This document shows, piece by piece, positions 8,355-18,062 of a DNA stretch of 64,000 nucleotides. Within the stretch, counting starts at the first letter, position 1. Every line of letters starts with the position of its first letter. The stretch covers positions 2,090,146 to 2,154,145 of the forward strand of contig OZ244226.1 in NCBI GenBank assembly GCA_965217035.1, read 5' to 3'. The stretch is from Bacteriovoracaceae bacterium. GTDB lineage: Bacteria; Bdellovibrionota; Bacteriovoracia; Bacteriovoracales; Bacteriovoracaceae. The notes beneath the pieces were generated by a model. It worked only from the letters and a program-made list of their open reading frames with translations. It was not told the origin of the DNA and ran no database searches. A program made the translations under genes and the position numbers.

Positions 8355-9224
8355 ATGCTTCCTTCTTTGAATGACATTCTTTATTTTCGTGAAATCGCGA
8401 AAAGCGAGAATCTTTCACGAGCGGCTGAGCGATTAGGAGTGACTCAGCCCTCATTAAGTCTTGCCGTCAAAAGGCTTGAGGAAGTAGTGGGAATTCAACT
8501 TTTCTTAAGGGGGAGAAAAGGGACGCAACTCACAAGAGCAGGTCGAGAGTTCCTGAAGCAATCTAAAGAACTACTCAATCGATGGGAACAACTTAAAAAT
8601 GATACACTTGATACAACGAATGAAGTAAAAGGTGAGATCAAACTCGGTTGTCATCCTTCCGTTGGTCTTTTTTCATTACCTGGGGTTCTTCCTAAAGTTT
8701 TGAAGTTTTATCAAGATCTTGATATCCAGCTTGTTCATAATCATTCGAGTAAGATTATTGAAGACGTTATTAATTTCAAACTCGATATGGGAATTGTTAT
8801 TAATCCTGTTCCTCATCCTGATTTAATCATTAAAAATTTAGGAGATGATCTTGTTCAATTATGGAGAGGAAGACAAGAGAATATTAATAATGATCCAAAA
8901 TCAGGAAAGGCGGTCTTGATCTGTGATGAGCAATTACTTCAAACTCAAAGCCTTCTTAAGAAGCTAAAGAATCAAGGGAGTAAATATTCGCGTGTTATAA
9001 AGTCTAATAATCTTGAATTGATCACCAAATTGACGATTGAGGGAGCCGGTATCGGAATTATACCGACTTCAGTTGGTAAAGTTTTCGGCCCTAATAAATT
9101 AATCCCTATCTCTAAGTCACCGAAATTTAAGGACCAGAGGGCAATTATTTATCGAGTAGAGAATAAATCCATCGCGGCTGTTCAGTTACTGTCAAAAGAA
9201 ATACACTCTAAGCTTTCGGCCTAA
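8355..9224 (+). CDS. LysR-family transcriptional regulator
   Basis: NLSRAAERLGVTQPSLSLAVKRLEE...LFLR HTH; 289 aa. Confidence 0.93.
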   Translation: MLPSLNDILYFREIAKSENLSRAAERLGVTQPSLSLAVKRLEEVVGIQLFLRGRKGTQLTRAGREFLKQSKELLNRWEQLKNDTLDTTNEVKGEIKLGCHPSVGLFSLPGVLPKVLKFYQDLDIQLVHNHSSKIIEDVINFKLDMGIVINPVPHPDLIIKNLGDDLVQLWRGRQENINNDPKSGKAVLICDEQLLQTQSLLKKLKNQGSKYSRVIKSNNLELITKLTIEGAGIGIIPTSVGKVFGPNKLIPISKSPKFKDQRAIIYRVENKSIAAVQLLSKEIHSKLSA

Positions 9225-9279
9225 AAATATTACCCGATTTTCCGGTGTTTTATTCTCACATGATAAAATTTTTTATCTT

Positions 9280-10662
9280 ATGAAATTACGAGTTTTTATT
9301 ATCAATCTATTCATGAGTTCTCTTACTTTAGGGTTTCAGCCACTTGAACCTCTTAACTCAGAAGAAAACCCTCGACATCTTGTCTGGGATTTAGGACATA
9401 CCTATCAATCTAATCTCAAATCGATCAATACAAATCTTTTAAATGGTAAAGTTAAGAATCAACCTTGGTCAGGAGATTATTGGAGTGAATCTCTAGGAAG
9501 TATTGGCTTTCGTTATAGTGATCCTTGGCTTCAAGAAACTTTAGCAAAAAAAAATCTTGAATATACAAGCTCACGCAGAAGAAGTGAAAAGAGAGCAAAG
9601 AAGCAATCAAGTATCGTTCGTAAGAATTTAAAAAGTTTTCCTGTAACGAGTTATATTGAGCAAGGACGAATTAATCAACTTTCTCCTGCTGAAAAATATG
9701 ATCTTCTTTTAGGTGATAAAAGTCAGACTCTCTCTAGAGCAGTAACTGATCAAGCTCTTTGTGAGAATTGTGTTGTTGTTGATCCGGAAACAGGAAAAGA
9801 AAAAAAGTATAAATCTCAGCTGTGGAACGGAATGTGTGACGGAACTTCTGCTGCTAGTATTATAGAAAAAAGACCTCTTAAGCCTGTTACTGTAACTGGA
9901 GCGAATGGTCACAAAATAACTTTTTATCCTGATGATCTTAAGGCCTTAATGACACTTTATTGGTTTGAGAATGAGCCTGAGCATAATCTTATTGGAGGGG
10001 ATGCTAATTGTTCCAGGAGAAATGGTTGCTATGGAGATGTTAATCCAGCAGCTTGGCATTTAGCTTTGATCAACCAAGTTGGAAAAAATAAAATTCCCTT
10101 GCTTTTTGATAGAGATTCCGGTCCTGAAACTTGGAACTATCCTATTAATTCTTATCGTTTTCATTACTTTAATATGGTGACAGGCAAAGAAACTCAAAAT
10201 TATGAAGAAGCTCTTGTTAAAAGGAGTGAAATCTATGGAGATGATTTTGCTCGATTTCGAAGTAAAAAAAGTAAATACCTTCTCAGTGTTCTTATGGATG
10301 TCCAATATGTCGCTGGAAGAAACGCTGCACCTCAAGTCAAAGATGGCCCAGAACAAGATGATATAAAAACGATGTCTCTTCATTACGATTTAGAAATTGA
10401 TGAAAATTATGAAATTATCGGAGGAGAGTGGCTATGGGATACTCGACCAGATATGGTTTGGATGCCTGTTCAAGATATGGAAAAAAGTTTAAGCATAGAA
10501 AAAGAATTAGGATTGAGTTGGGATGGTGTTTCGCCAATTTCACTGGCTTCCAAAGTTGCGGCCAGCGGGGGAGAAATTGATGGAAAGCAAGTTCCTTCTC
10601 AATCCGAACGTTTACTCCCACTTCCTCATATTTTCAGGCGACTCGTGGAAATGGCTCAATAA
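9280..10662 (+). CDS. secreted transglutaminase-elicitor (GP42-like) family protein
   Basis: Motifs PWSGDYW, LSPAEKYDLL, WxGxC, FYPDDLKAL, NPAAWHLAL, ETWNYPI, IIGGEW, RPDMVW. Confidence 0.7.
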   Translation: MKLRVFIINLFMSSLTLGFQPLEPLNSEENPRHLVWDLGHTYQSNLKSINTNLLNGKVKNQPWSGDYWSESLGSIGFRYSDPWLQETLAKKNLEYTSSRRRSEKRAKKQSSIVRKNLKSFPVTSYIEQGRINQLSPAEKYDLLLGDKSQTLSRAVTDQALCENCVVVDPETGKEKKYKSQLWNGMCDGTSAASIIEKRPLKPVTVTGANGHKITFYPDDLKALMTLYWFENEPEHNLIGGDANCSRRNGCYGDVNPAAWHLALINQVGKNKIPLLFDRDSGPETWNYPINSYRFHYFNMVTGKETQNYEEALVKRSEIYGDDFARFRSKKSKYLLSVLMDVQYVAGRNAAPQVKDGPEQDDIKTMSLHYDLEIDENYEIIGGEWLWDTRPDMVWMPVQDMEKSLSIEKELGLSWDGVSPISLASKVAASGGEIDGKQVPSQSERLLPLPHIFRRLVEMAQ

Positions 10663-12347
10663 CCTTTAGCTTCGCCTTCACCTCGAGGGTCTGAAACTCC
10701 ATGGAGTTTTCCGTTTTCCAATGCAATCGCTTGGATTTTACAACCAAGATCTTTTTTTAGAATCTTATGACCTCTTTCTTGAAGTTTTTTTATCGTTTCA
10801 TCGTCAAAATAAGGAGCTCCGATTCTTAAGTTGTCCGGTTTCCATTGATGGTGAAGACGAGTCATTGCCACAGACTCATAGAGAGGCTGTTGATGTTCAA
10901 TATAATTCAAAATGGTTTGGGCCACACAAGTTAGAATTCTAGTTCCTGATGGGGTACCAAGTGCAAGGATAGTTTTCCCGTTTTTCTTTACAAGAGTAGG
11001 GGACATACTGCTAAGAGGGCGTTTATAAGGCTGAACTTTATTAGGCAGACTACCAACTGCTCCGAAGACATTAATGGCGCCTGGTTTGGTCGAAAAGTCG
11101 TCCATTTCATCATTCATTACAATTCCTGTTCCTGGAATGACTTGTCCAGACCCAAGCAGGTAATTAATTGTTTGGGTGGAGCTCACAACATTTCCTTTTT
11201 GATCCATGATTGTGAAGTGAGTTGTATCATTAGGCTCTTTAGGAAGTTGTTTCATTTCAGGGCTAAGATTTAAGGCTTTTTCTCCCATCATTTTTCTAAG
11301 TTCATCAGCATAGGTTTTAGATGTGAGCTTTTTTACTGGAACCTTAACGAAGTCAGCATCCCCTAAGTATCTTGCTCTGTCCACGAAAGCAATTTGCATT
11401 GCTATTGCTGTCTTGTGAACGACATAATCTGATTGAGAGGGATAATCTCTTAATTTGAAAGGCTCTAAAAGATTTAAAATTTGAATAACATGAATTCCTC
11501 CTGAGCTCGGGGGCGCCATGGAATAGATTTTATAATCTCTATAAGTCCCTCTAACAGGAACTCTTGTTTTCGTATTATATTTTCTAAGATCTTTAAGACT
11601 AATCAAACCTCCTGTTCTTTTCATTTCTTTAACAATTGCCCTGGCAACCCAACCTTTATAAAAGCCATTGATCCCTTTTTCGGCAATTGTTCTTAGAGTT
11701 TTTGCAAGATCTTTTTGAATGAGAACATCTCCTACTTTTAAAGGAGTTCCATTTTTATAAAAAATCTTCATTGAAGCAGGAAACTTTTTTAAAATTTCTG
11801 ATCGGAACTTAATAGCATTTTCGAGATGAGGATAAACTTCAAAACCATTTTCGGCTAAGTCGATGGCAGGTTGTAGCACTGTTTTTAAAGGAAGTTTTCC
11901 ATACTTGTTATGAATCGTTAAAATTCCATGAACAAGTCCCGGGACTCCAGAAGAAAGTGGACCATTCAAAGAAAGCTTAGGAATTTCATTGCCTTTTTTA
12001 TCAAGGAACATTTTTTCATGAGCTTTTGAAGGAGCTTTTTCTCGAAAGTCATAAGTAATAGGTTCTTTTAGATCTTCATGGTTGATCAGCATAAAACCGC
12101 CGCCACCGAGACCAGTAGACTGTGGGCGCTCTACTGAAATAGCAAAAGTAATGGCCGTTGCAGCATCAAAAATATTTCCACCTTTTTTGAACATCTCAAG
12201 TCCTGCGCGAGTGGATCCAACTCCTTGAGTGGCTATCATGATATTGTCTGAATAGGATTCATGTTGTTCTTGAGTATGACCTTTTATGAGGTCACGAGTT
12301 CTCAGTCCAGAGCAAGCAACAATGCTAAGTAGTAAGAAGTATTTCAT
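10656..12347 (-). CDS. ggt: gamma-glutamyltransferase (probable lipoprotein)
   Basis: GLGGGGF, DFRE, nucleophile motif DTTHF, NDEMDDF, RPLSSMSP, GVSDPRG. Confidence 0.95.
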   Translation of the reverse strand: MKYFLLLSIVACSGLRTRDLIKGHTQEQHESYSDNIMIATQGVGSTRAGLEMFKKGGNIFDAATAITFAISVERPQSTGLGGGGFMLINHEDLKEPITYDFREKAPSKAHEKMFLDKKGNEIPKLSLNGPLSSGVPGLVHGILTIHNKYGKLPLKTVLQPAIDLAENGFEVYPHLENAIKFRSEILKKFPASMKIFYKNGTPLKVGDVLIQKDLAKTLRTIAEKGINGFYKGWVARAIVKEMKRTGGLISLKDLRKYNTKTRVPVRGTYRDYKIYSMAPPSSGGIHVIQILNLLEPFKLRDYPSQSDYVVHKTAIAMQIAFVDRARYLGDADFVKVPVKKLTSKTYADELRKMMGEKALNLSPEMKQLPKEPNDTTHFTIMDQKGNVVSSTQTINYLLGSGQVIPGTGIVMNDEMDDFSTKPGAINVFGAVGSLPNKVQPYKRPLSSMSPTLVKKNGKTILALGTPSGTRILTCVAQTILNYIEHQQPLYESVAMTRLHHQWKPDNLRIGAPYFDDETIKKLQERGHKILKKDLGCKIQAIALENGKLHGVSDPRGEGEAKGY

Positions 12348-12383
12348 GAGTTCTCCTAAATATATTAAGGAGAAAGTATAAGG

Positions 12384-13565
12384 CTAGCCGGTCTTTTTAA
12401 CAATCTTCCCGTAGACATTCTCTTCTTTTTGCTTAACTTCTTCGGTTTTTTCTACATTTTTTGTGATAATTTTTCCGTAGTCTTCGGGCTTTTTCAAAGA
12501 CTTACGATCGATTTCTTTGACTTCAATTTCTTTAAAAGGAACACTTGGATCAAATTTGGGATCAAGGACATGAAGATTTTTGCCTTGCGGGATAAAAACT
12601 TGCATATAAGCAAGAAACTGTTTGAAAATTTTTGGATCGATTTTTTTGCCAACCATTCCCGACATAATTCTTATAGCTTGTTCTGTGCTCATAACATTAT
12701 TATAGGATCTTTTTGTGGTAAGTGCGTCAAAGATATCAGCAAGCATACAGATCTTTGAAAAATAATGAACTTGCTCGTTTGTTTTTCCGTAGGGATAACC
12801 TGTTCCATCATAGTTTTCATGATGTTCAGTGACGATACACATGACCGTCATCCAATCGACATCTTTACAGAGCTTTGGTTGGGTTTCTATAAGAAGGTTA
12901 TAACCATCAATTGGATGTTGCTTGATTCTTTCAAACTCATCATCAGAAAGAGAGCTTGGTTTATTGATAACGGAATTAGGAACTCGAAGTTTTCCAATAT
13001 CATGAAGAAGAGCTCCAACTCCCATATTGATAAGTCCAGCTCTATCGATATTTGGATTAATTCCTTTGAGAATACTTACAGAGTACATGCAAACATTGAT
13101 CGAATGATCAAAAGTATAAAAATCATGAATGCTGAGTTTTGCAATCAGTGATTGAATTTCATCAATTCCAGTTCCCTCAATAACATTGACGAGATTGTCG
13201 ACCGTATCTTTTACCTGCTCGATAGATTCAACAAGAACTTCTGTTCTTCCATCTGAGTGGAAGATATTATCGAGATATTGAATGGCCGTATCTCGAATGA
13301 AGACAGCTTTTTCTTCTTGAGAAACATCCTCTGATTGAACAAAAATCTTCATGTACTTATCACGTTGTTTTTCAAGCACGTAAAGTCGTGGGTATTGTTT
13401 TTTTAAATGACTTCGAAATTCTTCATCTAGAATTTCATTATGAGGAAAGACTCTCGTGAAATGAGTTTTTCCTTTTTTCGTTGAAGCATTAACGAAAAGA
13501 TCGAACCCAAGTTCTTGATTTAATGGTAAAAAATCGATGTTGATACTGAAATAAGTGTCGCTCAT
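12384..13565 (-). CDS. HD-GYP cyclic-dinucleotide phosphodiesterase
   Basis: HS.NV, LLHDIGK, HHENYDGTGYP, ADIFDALT..RSY all intact. Confidence 0.9.
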   Translation of the reverse strand: MSDTYFSINIDFLPLNQELGFDLFVNASTKKGKTHFTRVFPHNEILDEEFRSHLKKQYPRLYVLEKQRDKYMKIFVQSEDVSQEEKAVFIRDTAIQYLDNIFHSDGRTEVLVESIEQVKDTVDNLVNVIEGTGIDEIQSLIAKLSIHDFYTFDHSINVCMYSVSILKGINPNIDRAGLINMGVGALLHDIGKLRVPNSVINKPSSLSDDEFERIKQHPIDGYNLLIETQPKLCKDVDWMTVMCIVTEHHENYDGTGYPYGKTNEQVHYFSKICMLADIFDALTTKRSYNNVMSTEQAIRIMSGMVGKKIDPKIFKQFLAYMQVFIPQGKNLHVLDPKFDPSVPFKEIEVKEIDRKSLKKPEDYGKIITKNVEKTEEVKQKEENVYGKIVKKTG

Positions 13566-13647
13566 TTAAGTTCCCTTTGACCTAATCTTTATCGATCAAA
13601 GAGAAACTTAAATTAAATAAATCAGTTATTATTCACAAAGGCTTAAC

Positions 13648-14478
13648 TTACTGAACTTGGTGAAGGTGTACGTCTCTTTGTGGGAATGGAATTGAGATAC
13701 CTTTTTGGTCAAGTACCTTTTTCACTGATTCGTGAGTTTTAGCGTAAACATCCCAATAGTATTCAGTTTTGCACCAGGGCCGTACGGCAAAATTGACAGA
13801 GTTATCGCCAAGTTCAACAACAATAATATCAGCAGCAGGATCTTTTAAAACTTCGGGTATCCCATTAAGCACTTCTTGAAAAGCTGATCGAGCAGCATCG
13901 ATGTCATCTCCGTAGCCAATTCCAAACTTCATGTCGACTCTTCGAATAGGTTCTTGATTAAGATTTTGGATCGATCCTCCTGCAAGAGGTCCGTTTGGAA
14001 TATAGATAATTTGATTATCAAGTGTTTTTAAAACTGTCACAAAAAGAAGGATCTCTCTGACCTCTCCAACATGTCCTTGAGCCTTAATAACACTCCCTAC
14101 TTTGAATGGTCGAAAGATGAGAATAAGAACTCCTCCAGCAAAATTTCCAAGTGAACCTTGAAGGGCCATTCCAATAGCTAAACCAGCAGCACCCAGAACA
14201 GCGATAAAAGATGTTGTTTGAATTCCAAGGATTCCAGCAACACTAATAACTAGTAAAACCTTCAGCGAAAGGTTTGTCATGTTTCCAATAAATGGGATTA
14301 AAGTTGGTTCAACACTTCTTTTCTTAAGTTGCTTAAGAAGTGAGTTTGTTATCCATTTGATAACAGTTAGACCAATAAAAAGAGTAATGATCGCACCAAT
14401 AACACTTGGTCCGTACTCAAGGGCAAAATCAACAATTTTATCTGTGTATTTTGATGTTTCTTCAATTGATAGTTCCAC
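13648..14478 (-). CDS. mscS: small-conductance mechanosensitive channel
   Basis: GAAGLAIGMALQGSLGNFAGG, RPFKVG, IPNG, IPFPQRDV. Confidence 0.93.
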   Translation of the reverse strand: MELSIEETSKYTDKIVDFALEYGPSVIGAIITLFIGLTVIKWITNSLLKQLKKRSVEPTLIPFIGNMTNLSLKVLLVISVAGILGIQTTSFIAVLGAAGLAIGMALQGSLGNFAGGVLILIFRPFKVGSVIKAQGHVGEVREILLFVTVLKTLDNQIIYIPNGPLAGGSIQNLNQEPIRRVDMKFGIGYGDDIDAARSAFQEVLNGIPEVLKDPAADIIVVELGDNSVNFAVRPWCKTEYYWDVYAKTHESVKKVLDQKGISIPFPQRDVHLHQVQ

Positions 14479-14486
14479 TTCTACTC

Positions 14487-15623
14487 CTAATTTAACGCAC
14501 TTAAAAGCACTTCTGTTTGATTGATTGTATTATAAAGATGAAATGAGATTCTTAAACGGCCATCTCGAACACTGATATCAATTTTTTCCTTTTGAAGGTT
14601 TTTCTTTATCTCATGGGTATCTTTTTGGGTGCTGAGGCAGACAATTGACCCTCGACTATCTTTTGGAGTGACAATTCTAAACTTAGAAGAGTTAAAGTTA
14701 TCCATAAAGAAGCTCACAAGGTGGTTATTATGCTTTTCAATCTCTTGGATTCCTAGTTCAAGAAAGAGATCAAGAGAGCCTTCTAGTCCAGCCATATTCA
14801 GCATATTCGGAGCTTGTCCTCGATCATATTGACGAGCTCCTGGTAGAGTTTCGAGTGTGTAATCGAGTAGTTTATTGCTTTTTTGAAAGTTAGGACTATT
14901 AATCCAACTGGCTTGAATGGGTTGCATATTCTCGAGTAAGTTATTGGAGAAATAAGCAAAAGCATGCCCATAGGGACCGAGTATCCATTTGTAAGTTGAA
15001 AAGGAAATAGCATCGATGACTTCTAATTCTTCGGTACTAATGCATTGACCTCCAAAAGACTGAGTTGCATCAACGATAAAAAAGATATTGCGGGACTTAA
15101 GAAAATTTCCAATTGAAAGAAGGTCAATCTTTCTACCTGTATTGAAAGCAATATGGGAAATATCAAAAACTTTAGTTTCTTTTGGTAGGTTTTCCTTGAG
15201 CCAATCAACATCAGGAACCAAAGGAGCTTCTAAAAGCTTAAAATTAATACGACCTTGCTCTTGAGCAAACAGCCAAGGAAGAACATTACTTGGATAATCT
15301 CCATTGAGAGAAACAACAAGGTCATTCTTTTTAAGTTTTAAACCTTGAGCAATCGTTGTAATCACATCACAAGTGGCAGAACTATGGCTGATATTATCAG
15401 CAGAGCAGCCAAGTAATTGTGAAAATTTAAGACGAAGTCTTTCGGGAATAGAAAGCCATTCTTCATAAGGCATAAAAGATGGGTTTGCCATTCTTTGCCG
15501 AGTAAAATCAATTTTCTTCTGTGCACGAGCAGGCGAGGGACCAAAGTAAGCAGCATTAAAGTATAATGATTTTAAAGCATTAAACTCTTGCTTGACGGTA
15601 TTGGTGAATTCCTCTCGATTCAT
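14487..15623 (-). CDS. class V PLP-dependent aminotransferase / cysteine desulfurase-like
   Basis: YFNAA.FGP, VDATQSFG, PLP lysine motif STYKWILGP, RISFHLYN. Confidence 0.85.
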   Translation of the reverse strand: MNREEFTNTVKQEFNALKSLYFNAAYFGPSPARAQKKIDFTRQRMANPSFMPYEEWLSIPERLRLKFSQLLGCSADNISHSSATCDVITTIAQGLKLKKNDLVVSLNGDYPSNVLPWLFAQEQGRINFKLLEAPLVPDVDWLKENLPKETKVFDISHIAFNTGRKIDLLSIGNFLKSRNIFFIVDATQSFGGQCISTEELEVIDAISFSTYKWILGPYGHAFAYFSNNLLENMQPIQASWINSPNFQKSNKLLDYTLETLPGARQYDRGQAPNMLNMAGLEGSLDLFLELGIQEIEKHNNHLVSFFMDNFNSSKFRIVTPKDSRGSIVCLSTQKDTHEIKKNLQKEKIDISVRDGRLRISFHLYNTINQTEVLLSALN

Positions 15624-15626
15624 TGC

Positions 15627-16037
15627 CTACTTCTTGGCGTCAGCCTTAGGCTCTATTTTTTCTGTTTTTTTCTTAGCTTCTGTCGCTGTCTTTGAATTGC
15701 CTTCTGGTGTTGCTGGTTTTGCCTTAACTTCATCATTAAGTTGATCACTATTCAGCGGAGCTGCAATCGGAGCTTCATCATCAAAAATTGATTGGCTTGA
15801 GTCTTTAGACTTAATGATAGTAAGAGCAATTGAATTTGCCATGAAAAGAATTGCAAGAACTGTTGTAAGCTTTGTGAAGAAGTTTCCACGAGATGAGCTT
15901 GCGAAAATATTTTGAGATGATCCTGTTGTTCCACCCATCATTGCACCAGCTTCCGCACCTTTACCAAACTGAAGCAAAACAACAAGTGTGAGAAGAATGC
16001 AAACAATGACATGAAAAACAACGAAGCCAGTAAACAT
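15627..16037 (-). CDS. secG: preprotein translocase subunit SecG
   Basis: VLLQ.GKG motif, two TM segments, conserved position after tpiA. Confidence 0.93.
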   Translation of the reverse strand: MFTGFVVFHVIVCILLTLVVLLQFGKGAEAGAMMGGTTGSSQNIFASSSRGNFFTKLTTVLAILFMANSIALTIIKSKDSSQSIFDDEAPIAAPLNSDQLNDEVKAKPATPEGNSKTATEAKKKTEKIEPKADAKK

Positions 16038-16112
16038 AAAGATATCCTTATTTAAATTTAATAAGTCTTAATATCAGATTAGGCACCAAAGCGCCACATT
16101 TAATGCGTTTTG

Positions 16113-16847
16113 TTAAAAGGCTTTTGCAATCTCTGTGAAGTCTTCAGTTTTAAGGCTAGCGCCACCAACTAAAACACCGTCTACATCGGCGATTTCTGCG
16201 ATCTCTGTCACATTGGCTGGCTTAACTGAACCACCGTAAAGCAAGCTGATCCCCGTTGCCGCTTCGGAGTGTGACCCAAGAATTTTACGGATTCCAGCTA
16301 AAACCTCTGCGATGATTTCCGGAGTTGCTGTCTTTCCTGTTCCAATTGCCCAAACTGGTTCATAAGCGACAACGATATTGCCAATGACGTTATCAAGAAT
16401 AGGGAAGAGGCCCGTTTTAAGTTGCTCGGTAAGAACTTCAAGAGTTTTACCGGCTTCGAATTGCTCAAGCGATTCTCCGATACATAAAATGGTCAACAGA
16501 CCATTTTCACAGGCTTTCTTTATTCTCCGGAGGCACGTTTCATTTGTTTCACCGAAATATTGTCTTCTTTCTGAATGACCAACGAGAGTGAAGTCGATTC
16601 CAAGTTCTTTTAACGCTACAGGAGAAGCTTCTCCGGTATAGGCTCCTGAGTTTTCATAAGCACAATTTTGAGCACCGATTTTTAGGTTTCCTTCAGAAAG
16701 ATTTTCTGCCATTTCGAGATGGAGAGTTTGAGGGCAAACACCAACAAACGCTGACTCACTCTCATAAGTAAAAGCATCAAAATATTCTTTGATTTCATTG
16801 GTTCCATGGTTCATTTTCCAATTACCTAAGACGTACTTTTTTCTCAT
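16113..16847 (-). CDS. tpiA: triosephosphate isomerase
   Basis: GNWKMN, GHSERR, AYEPVWAIGTG, YGGSV. Confidence 0.97.
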   Translation of the reverse strand: MRKKYVLGNWKMNHGTNEIKEYFDAFTYESESAFVGVCPQTLHLEMAENLSEGNLKIGAQNCAYENSGAYTGEASPVALKELGIDFTLVGHSERRQYFGETNETCLRRIKKACENGLLTILCIGESLEQFEAGKTLEVLTEQLKTGLFPILDNVIGNIVVAYEPVWAIGTGKTATPEIIAEVLAGIRKILGSHSEAATGISLLYGGSVKPANVTEIAEIADVDGVLVGGASLKTEDFTEIAKAF

Positions 16848-16859
16848 GAATAAATCCTT

Positions 16860-18062
16860 TTATGAAAGACCGAAACTGAGTGACTGAATCCCTGGAAGGT
16901 TTCCTTTTTCAAGAAACTCTAAACTTGCTCCACCACCACTCGATATATGGTTGATTTTATCGGCATAACCTGATTGGTTAACAGCTGCAACAGAATCTCC
17001 ACCACCAACAAGAGTAAAACCTTCGCTTTCTGAAAGAGCCTTTGCAATTGAAAAAGTTCCTTTGTTAAAAGCTTTTTTTTCAAAAAATCCCATTGGTCCA
17101 TTCCAGAGAACCGTTTTTGCTTCTTTAATTTTTGAAGCATAAAGGTGTTCTGTTCTTTCTCCAATATCAAAACCAATTTGATCATCAGGGATATGTTCAG
17201 AGTCGGTGTTTTCACCCTCTAATTCAGGGCTTTGGGCAATTCTATGATCGACAGGAAGAAGAATTTTATTTCCTCTATCTTGAACGAGCAAAGACTTAGC
17301 GAGACTAACGTCTTCATTAGAGCAAAGTGATTTTCCTATATTTTTGCCTTTTGCCTTTAGAAATGGATAGGCCATGGCTCCACCGATAAGAAGATTATCG
17401 ACATTCACTAAAAGTTTTTCGATCGTCTTGATTTTATCACTAACCTTAGCCCCACCTACGACGGCAACAAAAGGTTTTTCAGGTTTATTTGTCACTTTTG
17501 TAAGCGCTTCAATTTCATTCTTTAAAAGAAGTCCTGCAAATCGCTCTCCGCGATTAAAGAACTTATTAATTTTATGAACTGATGCATGCTTTCTATGAGC
17601 GGCACCAAAAGCATCATTAACATAAACATCAGCATAGCTTGCCAGTTTTTCAGCAAAAGCATCGTCATCACTTGTCTCTTCTGAATGGAATCTCAAGTTT
17701 TCAAGTAGAACGATTTTGATATGATTTAATCCAAGCAAAGTTTTGAGTCCTGTATCAGTTGCTGATTCAGAGAGAACGACTTCTGTGTTTAGCTTTTCAG
17801 CAAGATAAATTGCTACAGGTTCTAAGGAAAGCTCTTTCTTGATTTCACCTTTCGGTCTTCCTAGGTGTGACATAAGAATAATTTTTGCAACGTTTTGTTC
17901 AAGAAGTGCTTTAATTGTCGGAAGTGCGAGATCAATTCTGGTTGTATCTGTAATCGTTCTTACTTCTCCGTCTCCAGCTTCAGCAAGCGGTGTATTGAAG
18001 TCGAAACGAGCAAGAACTTTCTTTCCTTCGAGGTTAACTTGGTCGATGGAAACTATTGCCAT
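16860..18062 (-). CDS. pgk: phosphoglycerate kinase
   Basis: SHLGRP, LENLRF, DAFG..HR, GGAKVSDK, GGGASLE. Confidence 0.97.
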   Translation of the reverse strand: MAIVSIDQVNLEGKKVLARFDFNTPLAEAGDGEVRTITDTTRIDLALPTIKALLEQNVAKIILMSHLGRPKGEIKKELSLEPVAIYLAEKLNTEVVLSESATDTGLKTLLGLNHIKIVLLENLRFHSEETSDDDAFAEKLASYADVYVNDAFGAAHRKHASVHKINKFFNRGERFAGLLLKNEIEALTKVTNKPEKPFVAVVGGAKVSDKIKTIEKLLVNVDNLLIGGAMAYPFLKAKGKNIGKSLCSNEDVSLAKSLLVQDRGNKILLPVDHRIAQSPELEGENTDSEHIPDDQIGFDIGERTEHLYASKIKEAKTVLWNGPMGFFEKKAFNKGTFSIAKALSESEGFTLVGGGDSVAAVNQSGYADKINHISSGGGASLEFLEKGNLPGIQSLSFGLS

